Notes under the pieces: model-generated
The model's input: only the letters and a program-made list of their open reading frames with translations
Told to the model about the DNA's origin: nothing
Databases searched by the model: none
Position numbers and translations under genes: made by a program
Virus record (IMG/VR): IMGVR_UViG_3300032223_002281
Span: 1-55,037 of that record
Length of the DNA: 55,037 nucleotides
Strand: one strand, 5' to 3'
Source of the DNA: a virus
Lineage: Duplodnaviria; Caudoviricetes
Shown: positions 19,300 through 27,680 of the stretch, one piece after another
Position numbering within the stretch: the stretch's first letter is position 1
How the letters are laid out: each line of letters begins with the position of its first letter

Positions 19300-19677
19300 T
19301 TACAATGCTCCAGAAATATCACCAATTACAGTGATTGTTCCAATAACTGGTGTCCAAATATCTCCACTAATTGTTACTTCAAGATCAAAAGTTAGTTCTG
19401 CTACCTGGGATGTATATCCAGTTCCCCAATATGTAGTAATATCAGGAGTTGCTTTAATTTCAACATATCCATTATGTGAGACAACTTGTAATTCATCAAT
19501 TATGTCTCCTTTTGGGTCATAAGCGCTTGCTTTATATGTCCATCCAGAAGTAGAAAAATAAGTGATTTCATCATTTTCTAAAAATTCAACCCTCAAAGAG
19601 GCTGAATCTCCTCTAACAACATTCCATTTAATTTTTACTGGGTTAGCACCAAAAATTTCAGGTCCACACATAGTCAT
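19300..19677 (-). CDS. BppU-like protein
   Basis: VVRGDS...FDLEV...GTITV. Confidence 0.55.
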   Translation of the reverse strand: MTMCGPEIFGANPVKIKWNVVRGDSASLRVEFLENDEITYFSTSGWTYKASAYDPKGDIIDELQVVSHNGYVEIKATPDITTYWGTGYTSQVAELTFDLEVTISGDIWTPVIGTITVIGDISGAL

Positions 19678-19701
19678 AACATTGATTATACCATTAAATT
19701 A

Positions 19702-19749
19702 CAAAAAAAATACCTAGGATAGGTGGGTATAAAAAGACTATCCTAGGTA
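19702..19749 (-). terminator. 12-bp hairpin with U-tract (terminator or tiny RNA)
   Basis: TACCTAGGATAG / CTATCCTAGGTA inverted repeat followed by a T run on the minus strand. Confidence 0.6.
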
Positions 19750-19947
19750 CTTTAAAATTATATCATATCAAGACTATTTGGACATTGAGATTAAAGTTTA
19801 CCTAATTGTTACAATTCCTTTTGTCCGTTTTGTTAGGTTATAGATACTTTTGTCATAGTTATCAATAGTGTATACTTTAATATATATAAGAAAAAAGAAC
19901 TATCTTTAAAGGTTTATATATAATATATCTTATATATAGTATATAAG

Positions 19948-20202
19948 TTATTTGTTATTTGCAGCAATATGTTCTAAAAGGGTATCATACATCTTATCTA
20001 ATTTTTGATCCATTCTGCAACGTTGTTCATCTGCTTCCATTATTTTTTGCTCTAAACGTTTAACGGAATCTTTCAAACTTGAACCACCATTTGGTTTTAA
20101 TTCTGCAAGGTAGTGTTTTGTTAGCCATTTAATACTATATGCTATAGAAGCAATTATTGTTGTTATGCTGACAATAAGTCCAGCCCAATCTGCAGGTGTC
20201 AT
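19948..20202 (-). CDS. Small membrane protein with coiled coil (holin-like)
   Basis: N-terminal TM helix; ELKPNGGSSLKD. Confidence 0.55.
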   Translation of the reverse strand: MTPADWAGLIVSITTIIASIAYSIKWLTKHYLAELKPNGGSSLKDSVKRLEQKIMEADEQRCRMDQKLDKMYDTLLEHIAANNK

Positions 20203-20249
20203 AATAACTTATTATAACTAGATTATTTAAAATGTGATATGATTTTTAT

Positions 20250-20447
20250 ATGGAAGATGTAAAATTTAGTGATCTTTTTGATCCTTCAAAACCTAGGTCA
20301 GATAAAGAATTAATAGAAAAACGCTTATCTATTTGCAATCAATGCCCTGCTTTTAATAAAAGACTTGCAAAATGTAAAAAATGTGGATGTTTTATGAAAT
20401 TAAAAAGCACTTTGCAACAAGCAAGATGTCCTTTAGATAAATGGTAA
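20250..20447 (+). CDS. Small Cys-rich protein (DUF6171-like)
   Basis: RLSICNQCP...CKKCGC...CPLDKW. Confidence 0.65.
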   Translation: MEDVKFSDLFDPSKPRSDKELIEKRLSICNQCPAFNKRLAKCKKCGCFMKLKSTLQQARCPLDKW

Positions 20448-20462
20448 TGATATAATGTTTTA

Positions 20463-21683
20463 ATGAATATTAAAGCAATCAAGCCTACATTAATTAAAGA
20501 CATATTTAATAATGAAGACTATGAGTATATTTATAAAATTATTAATATTGCTTTACAATCTGAAAACAAATATGAAAAATTTATTATAAATGGTAATGGA
20601 ATGAAAAGATATGTTTTTGGAGAACAATCTAAAATTATTAAAAACTTACAAAATAAAATAAGTGAGTTATTAAATATTGAAATAGATCATTCTGGTGGAT
20701 TTTTTGCTAGATATAATAAAGATTTAAATGGAAAGCCAGCACTGCCACCACATCATGATAATGCTGGTGATGGGTTTTTTTGTTTAACCTTTACAGCACA
20801 ATTAGATTCAAATACTGATTGGCCAATATACGTTTATGATGATAGTTTTCAATTAAATAAAAATGAAGCAGTTATTTTTTCTGGAAATACAAACATTCAT
20901 TGGAGACCATCTAAAGAATTTTCAGATACAGATTTTTTAGATATTTTTGTTTGTCACTTTTATTTTAAAGGAAAAGATTTTTTATTACCTGAAGAAAATA
21001 ATCTTGAAATGAAAATGCAAGCAAAAACATATGAACAAAAATATGCAAACTTAATTTCTATAGAAAATGAAAAAGATCAAGAAAAAATATTTAATGGATT
21101 TTTTGACACAAAAATTGATAAAGTTTTTAGTGATGAAGAAATTGAAGCAATATATAAAGTAAGATTTGATGATGCAATAAATAAAAAAATGTCAAATGGA
21201 CAGCCATATGTTTTTTCAGATTCATCCTGTGGCTATATAACATCTGTTTATCCGTTGCCCGAATTTGCTAGAAAAAAATTATTAGATTTAGTTAATTCTT
21301 ATGTAACAATTAAAATTAAAGAAGAGGGTATTCATTTTCCAAGATACACTCTTGAGTCTGGATCAACACCACAACTTAAACCACATTATGATGTTGGATT
21401 AAATCACCACGCTTTTACATTAAGTGTACAACTAAAAAATACCAAAAATTGGCCAGTATATGTAAATGATAATAGATATGATTTGGGATTTAACCAAGCC
21501 GTTATTTTTTCAGGAACTAATCAAATTCACTGGAGACCAGATATTGACTTTACAGAAAATGATTATTATGATATTTTAGTTTGCCAATATACAGCAGAAA
21601 AAGATCCGCTTCCTCTATCAGATAAGCACAGAGCCAAAATGAAAGAAAAAGCGGATCAATACGTACAAAAATATTTTAATTAA
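20463..21683 (+). CDS. Tandem two-domain 2OG-Fe(II) oxygenase
   Basis: PHHD...IHWRP and PHYD...IHWRP. Confidence 0.75.
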   Translation: MNIKAIKPTLIKDIFNNEDYEYIYKIINIALQSENKYEKFIINGNGMKRYVFGEQSKIIKNLQNKISELLNIEIDHSGGFFARYNKDLNGKPALPPHHDNAGDGFFCLTFTAQLDSNTDWPIYVYDDSFQLNKNEAVIFSGNTNIHWRPSKEFSDTDFLDIFVCHFYFKGKDFLLPEENNLEMKMQAKTYEQKYANLISIENEKDQEKIFNGFFDTKIDKVFSDEEIEAIYKVRFDDAINKKMSNGQPYVFSDSSCGYITSVYPLPEFARKKLLDLVNSYVTIKIKEEGIHFPRYTLESGSTPQLKPHYDVGLNHHAFTLSVQLKNTKNWPVYVNDNRYDLGFNQAVIFSGTNQIHWRPDIDFTENDYYDILVCQYTAEKDPLPLSDKHRAKMKEKADQYVQKYFN

Positions 21684-21979
21684 TCACGAACAACTGGAAA
21701 ATTAACCTTTTCCAATGCTTCAATAAGTGGCGGATCAAGTTCGACGTAAAGTTTCGCCGTAGATTCTCCAGTATTTGAATTAATGTGAGTAATAGTTGTT
21801 GAAAGAATATCTTGTGCGCTTTCAATAGATTCAACATTATTTGCAAATGTTTTTATGATAATAATGTAATCGCAAAAATCTTTAAAAATAAAATCTTTTG
21901 CTTTCTTATTACCTTCTTGTGTTTGATACCAATCAGTTTCTACGAACTGACCACGTTCTAACTTCATAATTTCCCCCAT
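21680..21979 (-). CDS. Hypothetical protein
   Basis: ORF track; likely start MKLERG. Confidence 0.5.
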   Translation of the reverse strand: MGEIMKLERGQFVETDWYQTQEGNKKAKDFIFKDFCDYIIIIKTFANNVESIESAQDILSTTITHINSNTGESTAKLYVELDPPLIEALEKVNFPVVRD

Positions 21980-22026
21980 CTAGTAGAACTTATAAAGTAT
22001 ATCATATTCTGTGATAAAATAGGGGT

Positions 22027-22713
22027 ATGACTCAAATAAACCCAATTAAACCATATTCTGAAAAAAATTTTTTTTCGGCAGAAGAGTACTCTGCAATCTA
22101 TAAAACAATTAACGACACGATGGAACTTGGAATACAAGATTCGGGTGATAAGTGGCAACACTTTAGAAAAAATACAAACAATGGTTTTAATGTCGTTTTT
22201 TTGAGCGAAAGAAGACAAGGCGATCTTCCAGGTTTGCCACAGTTTGTCGAAGATAGTATTCGAAATAAGTTCGAAAACGTCGCAGGAGGCCCTGTCGGAC
22301 ATATAGGCATACTATGGGCTAGGTACACCCTTGAAAGTGGTGAAATGCCCACTCTAATGCCTCATCAGGACCGTTCTGAAACACATGTAGCCTTTATGTT
22401 TACTACAGAATTAGATTCAAACATTGATTGGGATTTTTATGTAGAAGATGAAAAATTTACTATGGAGAAAAACCAGGGAATTTGGTTTAGCGGTACTCAT
22501 CAATCCCATTGGAGACCAGATTATGATTTCCAAGAAGGAGATTATTATGATATTATTTTATGTCAAACACATGATGCAGCAGATCCAAATCCACTAGAAG
22601 AAGAACATTGGCTAGATGGGGATGATCATTCAAATGAGGTATCAGAGAAGTATGCTACACTATTAATGAATTCAAGAGCAAAAGCAGCCATGATGAATGG
22701 CCCTTGTCAATAA
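22027..22713 (+). CDS. 2OG-Fe(II) oxygenase
   Basis: PHQD...SHWRP; paralog of the 20463 domains. Confidence 0.75.
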   Translation: MTQINPIKPYSEKNFFSAEEYSAIYKTINDTMELGIQDSGDKWQHFRKNTNNGFNVVFLSERRQGDLPGLPQFVEDSIRNKFENVAGGPVGHIGILWARYTLESGEMPTLMPHQDRSETHVAFMFTTELDSNIDWDFYVEDEKFTMEKNQGIWFSGTHQSHWRPDYDFQEGDYYDIILCQTHDAADPNPLEEEHWLDGDDHSNEVSEKYATLLMNSRAKAAMMNGPCQ

Positions 22714-22723
22714 TGGAGAAATA

Positions 22724-22900
22724 ATGAATAAGCAAGAAGTAGTCGATTTGATGACTAATACAGTTGTTGAGTGGAATAAGCGTATGGCATCAGAACAAAA
22801 TATTGATATCGAGCCATGGCTAGAACAAGCAATGCCTCAATTGGTATATGCTAATGAGTTATTGTATGATGCGTTGAACGCTAATGGTCTCATCAAGTAG
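22724..22900 (+). CDS. Hypothetical protein
   Basis: GGAG SD before ATG 22724. Confidence 0.5.
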   Translation: MNKQEVVDLMTNTVVEWNKRMASEQNIDIEPWLEQAMPQLVYANELLYDALNANGLIK

Positions 22901-23201
22901 AGTTTGCACTCTTTGTCCCCTCGAATGTAAAAAATTTAATAAATGCACTTGGGCTTCAAACCCTAATTTACCTGAACACTTTCAGCCATCCATATCTGGT
23001 GTTTTAGGATTACGTAGAGGTCAAAAATATATTGTTTTAACAAACATGAGATCAGAAGTAAATGAGGAAGTCATTGATTGGTATATAGCAGATTCTATTA
23101 AGAATGGTTATAACTTAGCATACCGTCGAAATAATCAAGATCATTTTATAGGTGATCCTAATTTTGTAAAATTAATGTATGGGAGTTTAGGGTCTTCCTA
23201 G
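22884..23201 (+). CDS. Cys-containing hypothetical protein
   Basis: CTLCPLECKKFNKCTW; weak YkgJ-like resemblance. Confidence 0.4.
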   Translation: MVSSSRVCTLCPLECKKFNKCTWASNPNLPEHFQPSISGVLGLRRGQKYIVLTNMRSEVNEEVIDWYIADSIKNGYNLAYRRNNQDHFIGDPNFVKLMYGSLGSS

Positions 23202-23468
23202 ATCTTCCCAAAATTTTTCTCTACCCATAGCATCTGTTTCAGGAATAGGTTTAGACTCAAACTGAAAATTATCATCCCAAGCATTTTCTAGGTTTTCTAA
23301 TATTGCCATGTATTTATTATACAGCCAAATCTGAAAAAATTTTCAAAATTGACTTTTGCCAAAATCTGAATATTTTTGTCAGATGTATGATACACATTTT
23401 AAAAACAAAAAACACAAAAATATAGTGAGCACATAATATACCCACTATACACAGGTTAGCGTTTAATA

Positions 23469-23669
23469 CTACACACCCGTCAGTGTTTTTTTACCTTGCA
23501 ACCAACCATTGTGAATGCCTATAATTGGAGCGTCAATACATACTGCCGTTCCAATAGGCAACAACTCTTTGTATTGTTCAATAAATGTTAATACATTTTC
23601 TTTTGTATCAAACACCATGTCCTTAGTAGTTCCTGATGTTGATGTTAATCTAACTTTGATCATATACAT
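23469..23669 (-). CDS. Small early-region protein, paralog of 25043-25234
   Basis: FIEQYKELLPIGTAV versus FVSQYPEKLPVGVSV. Confidence 0.6.
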   Translation of the reverse strand: MYMIKVRLTSTSGTTKDMVFDTKENVLTFIEQYKELLPIGTAVCIDAPIIGIHNGWLQGKKTLTGV

Positions 23670-23672
23670 AAC

Positions 23673-23831
23673 CTACTTTCCTGAGCACACATAGGTGCTA
23701 CGCATTGTTGTCTTACCTGTCACATGGCTTGTGTGTGATACACGATATAGCCCACACACCTTAGCGTGTGCAGGTGTAGGTGCTACTAGAGGTAGTAGTG
23801 CTAGTGTTAATGTTAATATAATCTTATTCAT
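23673..23831 (-). CDS. Small secreted peptide (52 aa)
   Basis: MNKIILTLTLALLPLVAPTPAHA-KVC...C; AAGGAG SD. Confidence 0.5.
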   Translation of the reverse strand: MNKIILTLTLALLPLVAPTPAHAKVCGLYRVSHTSHVTGKTTMRSTYVCSGK

Positions 23832-23964
23832 TTAGTTATTCTCCTTAGATACGCATTCGCATTGGGTTATTGTTATTGTGTTACCCTCGTGGATAACTGT
23901 TGCTAGAGTATCACACTCGTCGCAGATGTAGACATAATCTAATTCATCCATAATGTTACCCATT

Positions 23965-24192
23965 TTATTTAACTCCCATCACTAGGGACATATAACGCTT
24001 AGCGATAATAATCGCCTTAGGGTTAAGTGTCATATCATAGCGACTAGAACCTGTCGCAGGATATTTATTGTTAATGCGTTGTGCAATTCGCACAGGTAGC
24101 ATTTTAGGTGCAGGTGCGTAACCTGCAGCCTCTAGACCAAAGTCCTTAGCAATATCAGAACGGATTTCGTTATAGTATGTAGTGTAGTTCAT
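23965..24192 (-). CDS. Hypothetical early protein
   Basis: AGAAAGGTGG SD; own sigmaA-type promoter. Confidence 0.6.
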   Translation of the reverse strand: MNYTTYYNEIRSDIAKDFGLEAAGYAPAPKMLPVRIAQRINNKYPATGSSRYDMTLNPKAIIIAKRYMSLVMGVK

Positions 24193-24312
24193 ATTGAACC
24201 ACCTTTCTTTTAATTCGATAACCTTGTGTTATCTGTTTCCTTGACCTAGGTTATTTGCTCTATATTCTAGAGGCTCACTAGGATTTAGCCTTATTTAATT
24301 TTCGATACTGTA

Positions 24313-24341
24313 AGTATAGCATAGAAATGTCAAAAAGTCAA
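24313..24341 (-). promoter_or_regulatory. SigA-type promoter, duplicated at 24547-24575
   Basis: TTGACT-N17-TATACT; 27-bp near-identical copy has TTGACT-N17-TATAAT. Confidence 0.75.
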
Positions 24342-24343
24342 GT

Positions 24344-24508
24344 TTAGACACGGACAATTCGGACATTTTCTGTGTGATTTACCTCACATCCCTCATGGTA
24401 TAGGGCAGGTGCTAGGACTACCTGTCCGCAAGGGCAGAGGTTCATCAAACCTCTTGGATAATCGGATACTGTAGCGAATCCTCTCGCTCTTTCATGTAGT
24501 GAGTTCAT
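24344..24508 (-). CDS. Small hypothetical protein (54 aa)
   Basis: AGAAAGGAG SD; MNSLHERARG...CPCG...H..C. Confidence 0.5.
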   Translation of the reverse strand: MNSLHERARGFATVSDYPRGLMNLCPCGQVVLAPALYHEGCEVNHTENVRIVRV

Positions 24509-24636
24509 TTGGAACTCCTTTCTTTTTTAATCTTTCTAATACTAGTATTATAGCACAGAAATGTCAAAAAGTCAAATCGAAACACGGCGTGTCGCAATAA
24601 ATCTTTTGTGATCTACACCACATTCGGGCCGACCAT

Positions 24637-24703
24637 AGTTATCCACATGATGTACATCACACCCACGATTTACGCTTAAGTTATCCACATGATGTAAGTC
24701 ACA
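24637..24703. promoter_or_regulatory. Two DnaA boxes, each overlapping a CRP-like site (direct repeat, 42-bp period)
   Basis: TTATCCACA at 24639 and 24681 within AGTTATCCACATGATGTAnnTCACA x2. Confidence 0.7.
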
Positions 24704-24743
24704 ATCCCTTTTGTCCACTATGTCCGTTTTGTACACCCCTAAA

Positions 24744-24765
24744 TGTCAGACCCCCCTGCTATACT
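24744..24765 (+). promoter_or_regulatory. RecA-NDp/PafBC-type promoter
   Basis: TGTCAG-N10-TATACT. Confidence 0.7.
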
Positions 24766-24820
24766 TACTAGTATAAAGATTGAACAATAAGTAAATCTAC
24801 TAAAAGAAAGGTGGTCTCAA

Positions 24821-24985
24821 ATGACTACACTAAATGAAACTCTATTCTCTACTATCGTACACGAGTACCATAACGGAGGCGTTAAGTCATCTTATGGCTT
24901 AGACGCTTACACTCGTAAAGAGTTAATCAGATTCCTGTTTGACTCTAAGCGTAACCCTCAGTGCTTCTGCATTGAGTGTTTGTAA
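24821..24985 (+). CDS. Small hypothetical protein (54 aa)
   Basis: AGAAAGGTGG SD; ends CFCIECL. Confidence 0.55.
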   Translation: MTTLNETLFSTIVHEYHNGGVKSSYGLDAYTRKELIRFLFDSKRNPQCFCIECL

Positions 24986-24987
24986 AA

Positions 24988-25009
24988 TGTCAGTCCCCTC
25001 TGATACAAT
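24988..25009 (+). promoter_or_regulatory. RecA-NDp/PafBC-type promoter
   Basis: TGTCAG-N10-TACAAT. Confidence 0.7.
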
Positions 25010-25042
25010 AATCCTAATAAACAAAAAAAGAAAGGTAGTCAA

Positions 25043-25234
25043 ATGACTTACACTATGAAAATCGAAACCTTCTCAGGTTCAGTAACAAAAATCAACCTCC
25101 CTTCTCGTGGAGCAGTTGCTCAGTTCGTATCACAATATCCTGAAAAGTTGCCTGTTGGCGTTTCAGTAAAAATATCTTGCGACCTAATGGGTTTGCGTGG
25201 AGTTCTTAAAGGAAAGGCGTTGGTGTCTAACTAA
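25043..25234 (+). CDS. Small early-region protein
   Basis: SD AGAAAGG; paralog of 23469-23669. Confidence 0.6.
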   Translation: MTYTMKIETFSGSVTKINLPSRGAVAQFVSQYPEKLPVGVSVKISCDLMGLRGVLKGKALVSN

Positions 25235-25428
25235 TGATAACTATTCCTCACTCTGTTAATTTTGTAACTGAACTAGATGAAACTAATCCAATAGTTCAAC
25301 GCCTGCTTCAAGTTGTAGAGCCTTCAAAGTTTCTTGCTGATATGCTTGCACAACTTTTAATCTCTGAGGGCTTTATTGATAAGTTAAATGAAGGCAATTC
25401 TTATGCAACTCTAAAGGTGGTTAAATAA
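25234..25428 (+). CDS. Hypothetical protein
   Basis: Coupled ORF. Confidence 0.5.
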   Translation: MITIPHSVNFVTELDETNPIVQRLLQVVEPSKFLADMLAQLLISEGFIDKLNEGNSYATLKVVK

Positions 25429-25728
25429 TGGCTATTTATACTCGTAAAACTTTTATCGCTGTTGCTAATTTGCTAAATGAATATGCTGATTTAATCGACG
25501 AATTTACCTTTGAAGATTTGGTCGCTGATTTTGGAGATATGTTTTTTGCAGATAATCCAAACTTTGATTTTAAAAAATTTAGAAGTGAGTGTAATAAATA
25601 ATGATTAGACTAATAACAACACTCGTTCAAATATTTTTATTTATTCCCGCAATGATTGGATTGCGTTGGATGTATTTAGATATAAAAAACGAATACAAGA
25701 ATTTAAATTCTCAAATTAAATAAAATGA

Positions 25729-25755
25729 AATCCTGAACACGATCTAAAACTGTTC
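25729..25755 (+). ncRNA. Repeated pseudoknot RNA motif, copy 1
   Basis: AATCCTGAACACGATCTAAAACTGTTC; ATC/GAT and GAACA/TGTTC stems. Confidence 0.6.
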
Positions 25756-25765
25756 CCAATTTTTT

Positions 25766-25816
25766 GGGCCGACGCACTCGGGCGTGTCGTGGTTTACGTA
25801 TGTGAGATTAATCACA
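25766..25816. promoter_or_regulatory. Operator cassette (GGGCCGAC, WhiA-like GACAC box, TTACG, CRP-like site)
   Basis: GGCGTGTCG at 25781; TGTGA-GATTAA-TCACA at 25801. Confidence 0.6.
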
Positions 25817-25947
25817 CGACTTGAGCGTCTCATTATTTAAGAATACTCGCTAGTAAGTTGATATTTTTAGAGTAATAGGCTAGACTTACATAGTAAGAAA
25901 AAATAAATAAAAAAAGATTTTATCGTTACGGCGTGTCGTTTAGGAAA

Positions 25948-25969
25948 TGTCAGCCATATCTGATAGGAT
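25948..25969 (+). promoter_or_regulatory. RecA-NDp/PafBC-type promoter
   Basis: TGTCAG-N10-TAGGAT. Confidence 0.7.
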
Positions 25970-26001
25970 ACTAGTATCAAATAAAGAAAGAGGTAGCCCC
26001 T

Positions 26002-26217
26002 ATGTCAGCAAATGTCTATTCAATAGAAAACCTACTTGTAGGAAAAATGTATTACTCAAATACTTTAACAGGAGAAATTATCTCCGCAGAAAAACACCCT
26101 CATGCAGTTTGGTATCAAGATTGCGAAACTTATCTTGTAGAGGTTGCACCTAATAGTGGAAGCAACACTTGGGGTCGTAGAACTTATCGCACAGTTGCAG
26201 TAAAGACGGAGGAATAA
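26002..26217 (+). CDS. Hypothetical protein
   Basis: SD GAGGT; follows promoter. Confidence 0.6.
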   Translation: MSANVYSIENLLVGKMYYSNTLTGEIISAEKHPHAVWYQDCETYLVEVAPNSGSNTWGRRTYRTVAVKTEE

Positions 26218-26362
26218 TAATGGGATATGTAGAAATTTTTAGAATTGACGAAAATGGTGCAGGTTGGGTAGACTTATCTGAAGCAACACCTGATGAAAAA
26301 CTTAATATCGAATTAGGCTTACTCAATGAGGGTGCGCTATTTACAACGAAAGAGGCTAACTA

Positions 26363-26572
26363 ATGGAATATAATTACTCACTAACTATTGCCTATGATGG
26401 TGAACTAGTATCAACAACTAGAAGTGCAGATATGCTTGAAATTGTATCTGCGTGGAATAAATGCGTAGACTTTGGTGATGCTAAAGAATATGCAACCTAC
26501 AATATGTCAGACCCTATTGGCAAAATGTATACTAAGACTTTCTATCGTAACGGAAATGTGAGCGTGAAATAA
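26363..26572 (+). CDS. Hypothetical protein
   Basis: ORF track, GAGG SD. Confidence 0.55.
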   Translation: MEYNYSLTIAYDGELVSTTRSADMLEIVSAWNKCVDFGDAKEYATYNMSDPIGKMYTKTFYRNGNVSVK

Positions 26573-26713
26573 TGCCAGTATTTCAATTTACTACTTTCAT
26601 AGATGTAAAAGCAAAAGACTATGACTCAGCAATAGAAGCGTTTGACCATAATCTAAAATATGGAAATATTAACCGAAGCGATGTATATGTCGCAGACATA
26701 GAGGAAAAATAAT

Positions 26714-26989
26714 ATGGGATCAGTTACAGCACTAGGTATTCAGGACAGCGTTCTTGATTTAGAAACTCAATTAGCATATCACTTGCAGGGTAATCACTAT
26801 CCACCCGTTCCACTTTCTATGGTGCAACCTTGCATCGAAGCAATTGATGCTTACTATGAAGATAACAAAAGTGAAAAACTAATTAAAATGCCTGAAGGCG
26901 TATCATATAAAGGTAAGACACACGCACCCGCTTGGGCTATCATCGAACAACACCACTTGCAATTTTGGCTTCCAGAAGAGGAGTACTAA
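26714..26989 (+). CDS. Hypothetical protein
   Basis: HLQGNHYPPVP...HHL; GAGG SD. Confidence 0.6.
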   Translation: MGSVTALGIQDSVLDLETQLAYHLQGNHYPPVPLSMVQPCIEAIDAYYEDNKSEKLIKMPEGVSYKGKTHAPAWAIIEQHHLQFWLPEEEY

Positions 26990-26992
26990 AAA

Positions 26993-27235
26993 ATGGGTGA
27001 TAGAATAAAAACTATGGATTTTAAAAAGATAGATACACTCAACGTTGATCAGTTAGAGATTGATGATTTTATTTCTGTTAATGGTGAAATTGTGCAAGTA
27101 ACAGGAATTACTCCACTACCTGATGGATATGCAATTATGTATTTAGATTCCTATGAAGAATCAGATTTAATTGAAGTTGATGACTATGCAACGTTTAATT
27201 TATATTATCCATTTGATGAAAACGCAGACGAATAA
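26993..27235 (+). CDS. Small acidic beta-rich (SH3/KOW-like) protein
   Basis: LEIDDFISVNGEIVQVTGI. Confidence 0.5.
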   Translation: MGDRIKTMDFKKIDTLNVDQLEIDDFISVNGEIVQVTGITPLPDGYAIMYLDSYEESDLIEVDDYATFNLYYPFDENADE

Positions 27236-27302
27236 TTATTCATAACCCTGCATAAAAATCGGACCGCCCCGTTCGGGCGTGTCGCATGTGAGATTAATCA
27301 CA
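27229..27302. promoter_or_regulatory. Operator cassette (tandem ARG-box-like, WhiA-like, CRP-like)
   Basis: CGAAT-AATT-ATTCA-N6-TGCAT-AAAA-ATCGG; GGCGTGTCG at 27276; TGTGA-GATTAA-TCACA at 27287. Confidence 0.55.
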
Positions 27303-27459
27303 TTTACGTAAGTTGACATTTTTGCCCAATGTGTGCTAAGATTATTTTATGAAACAGAGAAAAACAGTTGAGGAATTACGTAAACTTATGGAGTTACGTA
27401 GGTCTAACGCTGCCTCTGCCGTGCCTTCCAAAAAGACATATACTCGCAAGGGTAGAAAA

Positions 27460-27481
27460 TGTCAGTCGGAAATGCTAAGAT
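27460..27481 (+). promoter_or_regulatory. RecA-NDp/PafBC-type promoter
   Basis: TGTCAG-N10-TAAGAT. Confidence 0.7.
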
Positions 27482-27680
27482 ATAAATATCAAGAAAAAGG
27501 AGAATAACATAATGGGAAATATTGCAGACGAATTCTATGACGAATACTATTCTTTGGTGTGCCCTAGTTGCCACGAAAATGAATGCGATGAATTTATGCC
27601 TATGTGTCACTCTTGCTGGTTAGATGAATTAGCAAATGGATATTCTGATGAAGACGCTAACTTAGAAATGAGCCTTAATC

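Noticed and set aside
23413-23457. NrdR-box-like pair
   Set aside because: Both boxes imperfect, spacing atypical, and no nrd gene nearby.
23678-23700. Sixth copy of the pseudoknot motif (TTCCTGAGCAC)
   Set aside because: Lacks the stem-1 partner and A-rich loop; antisense to a small ORF.
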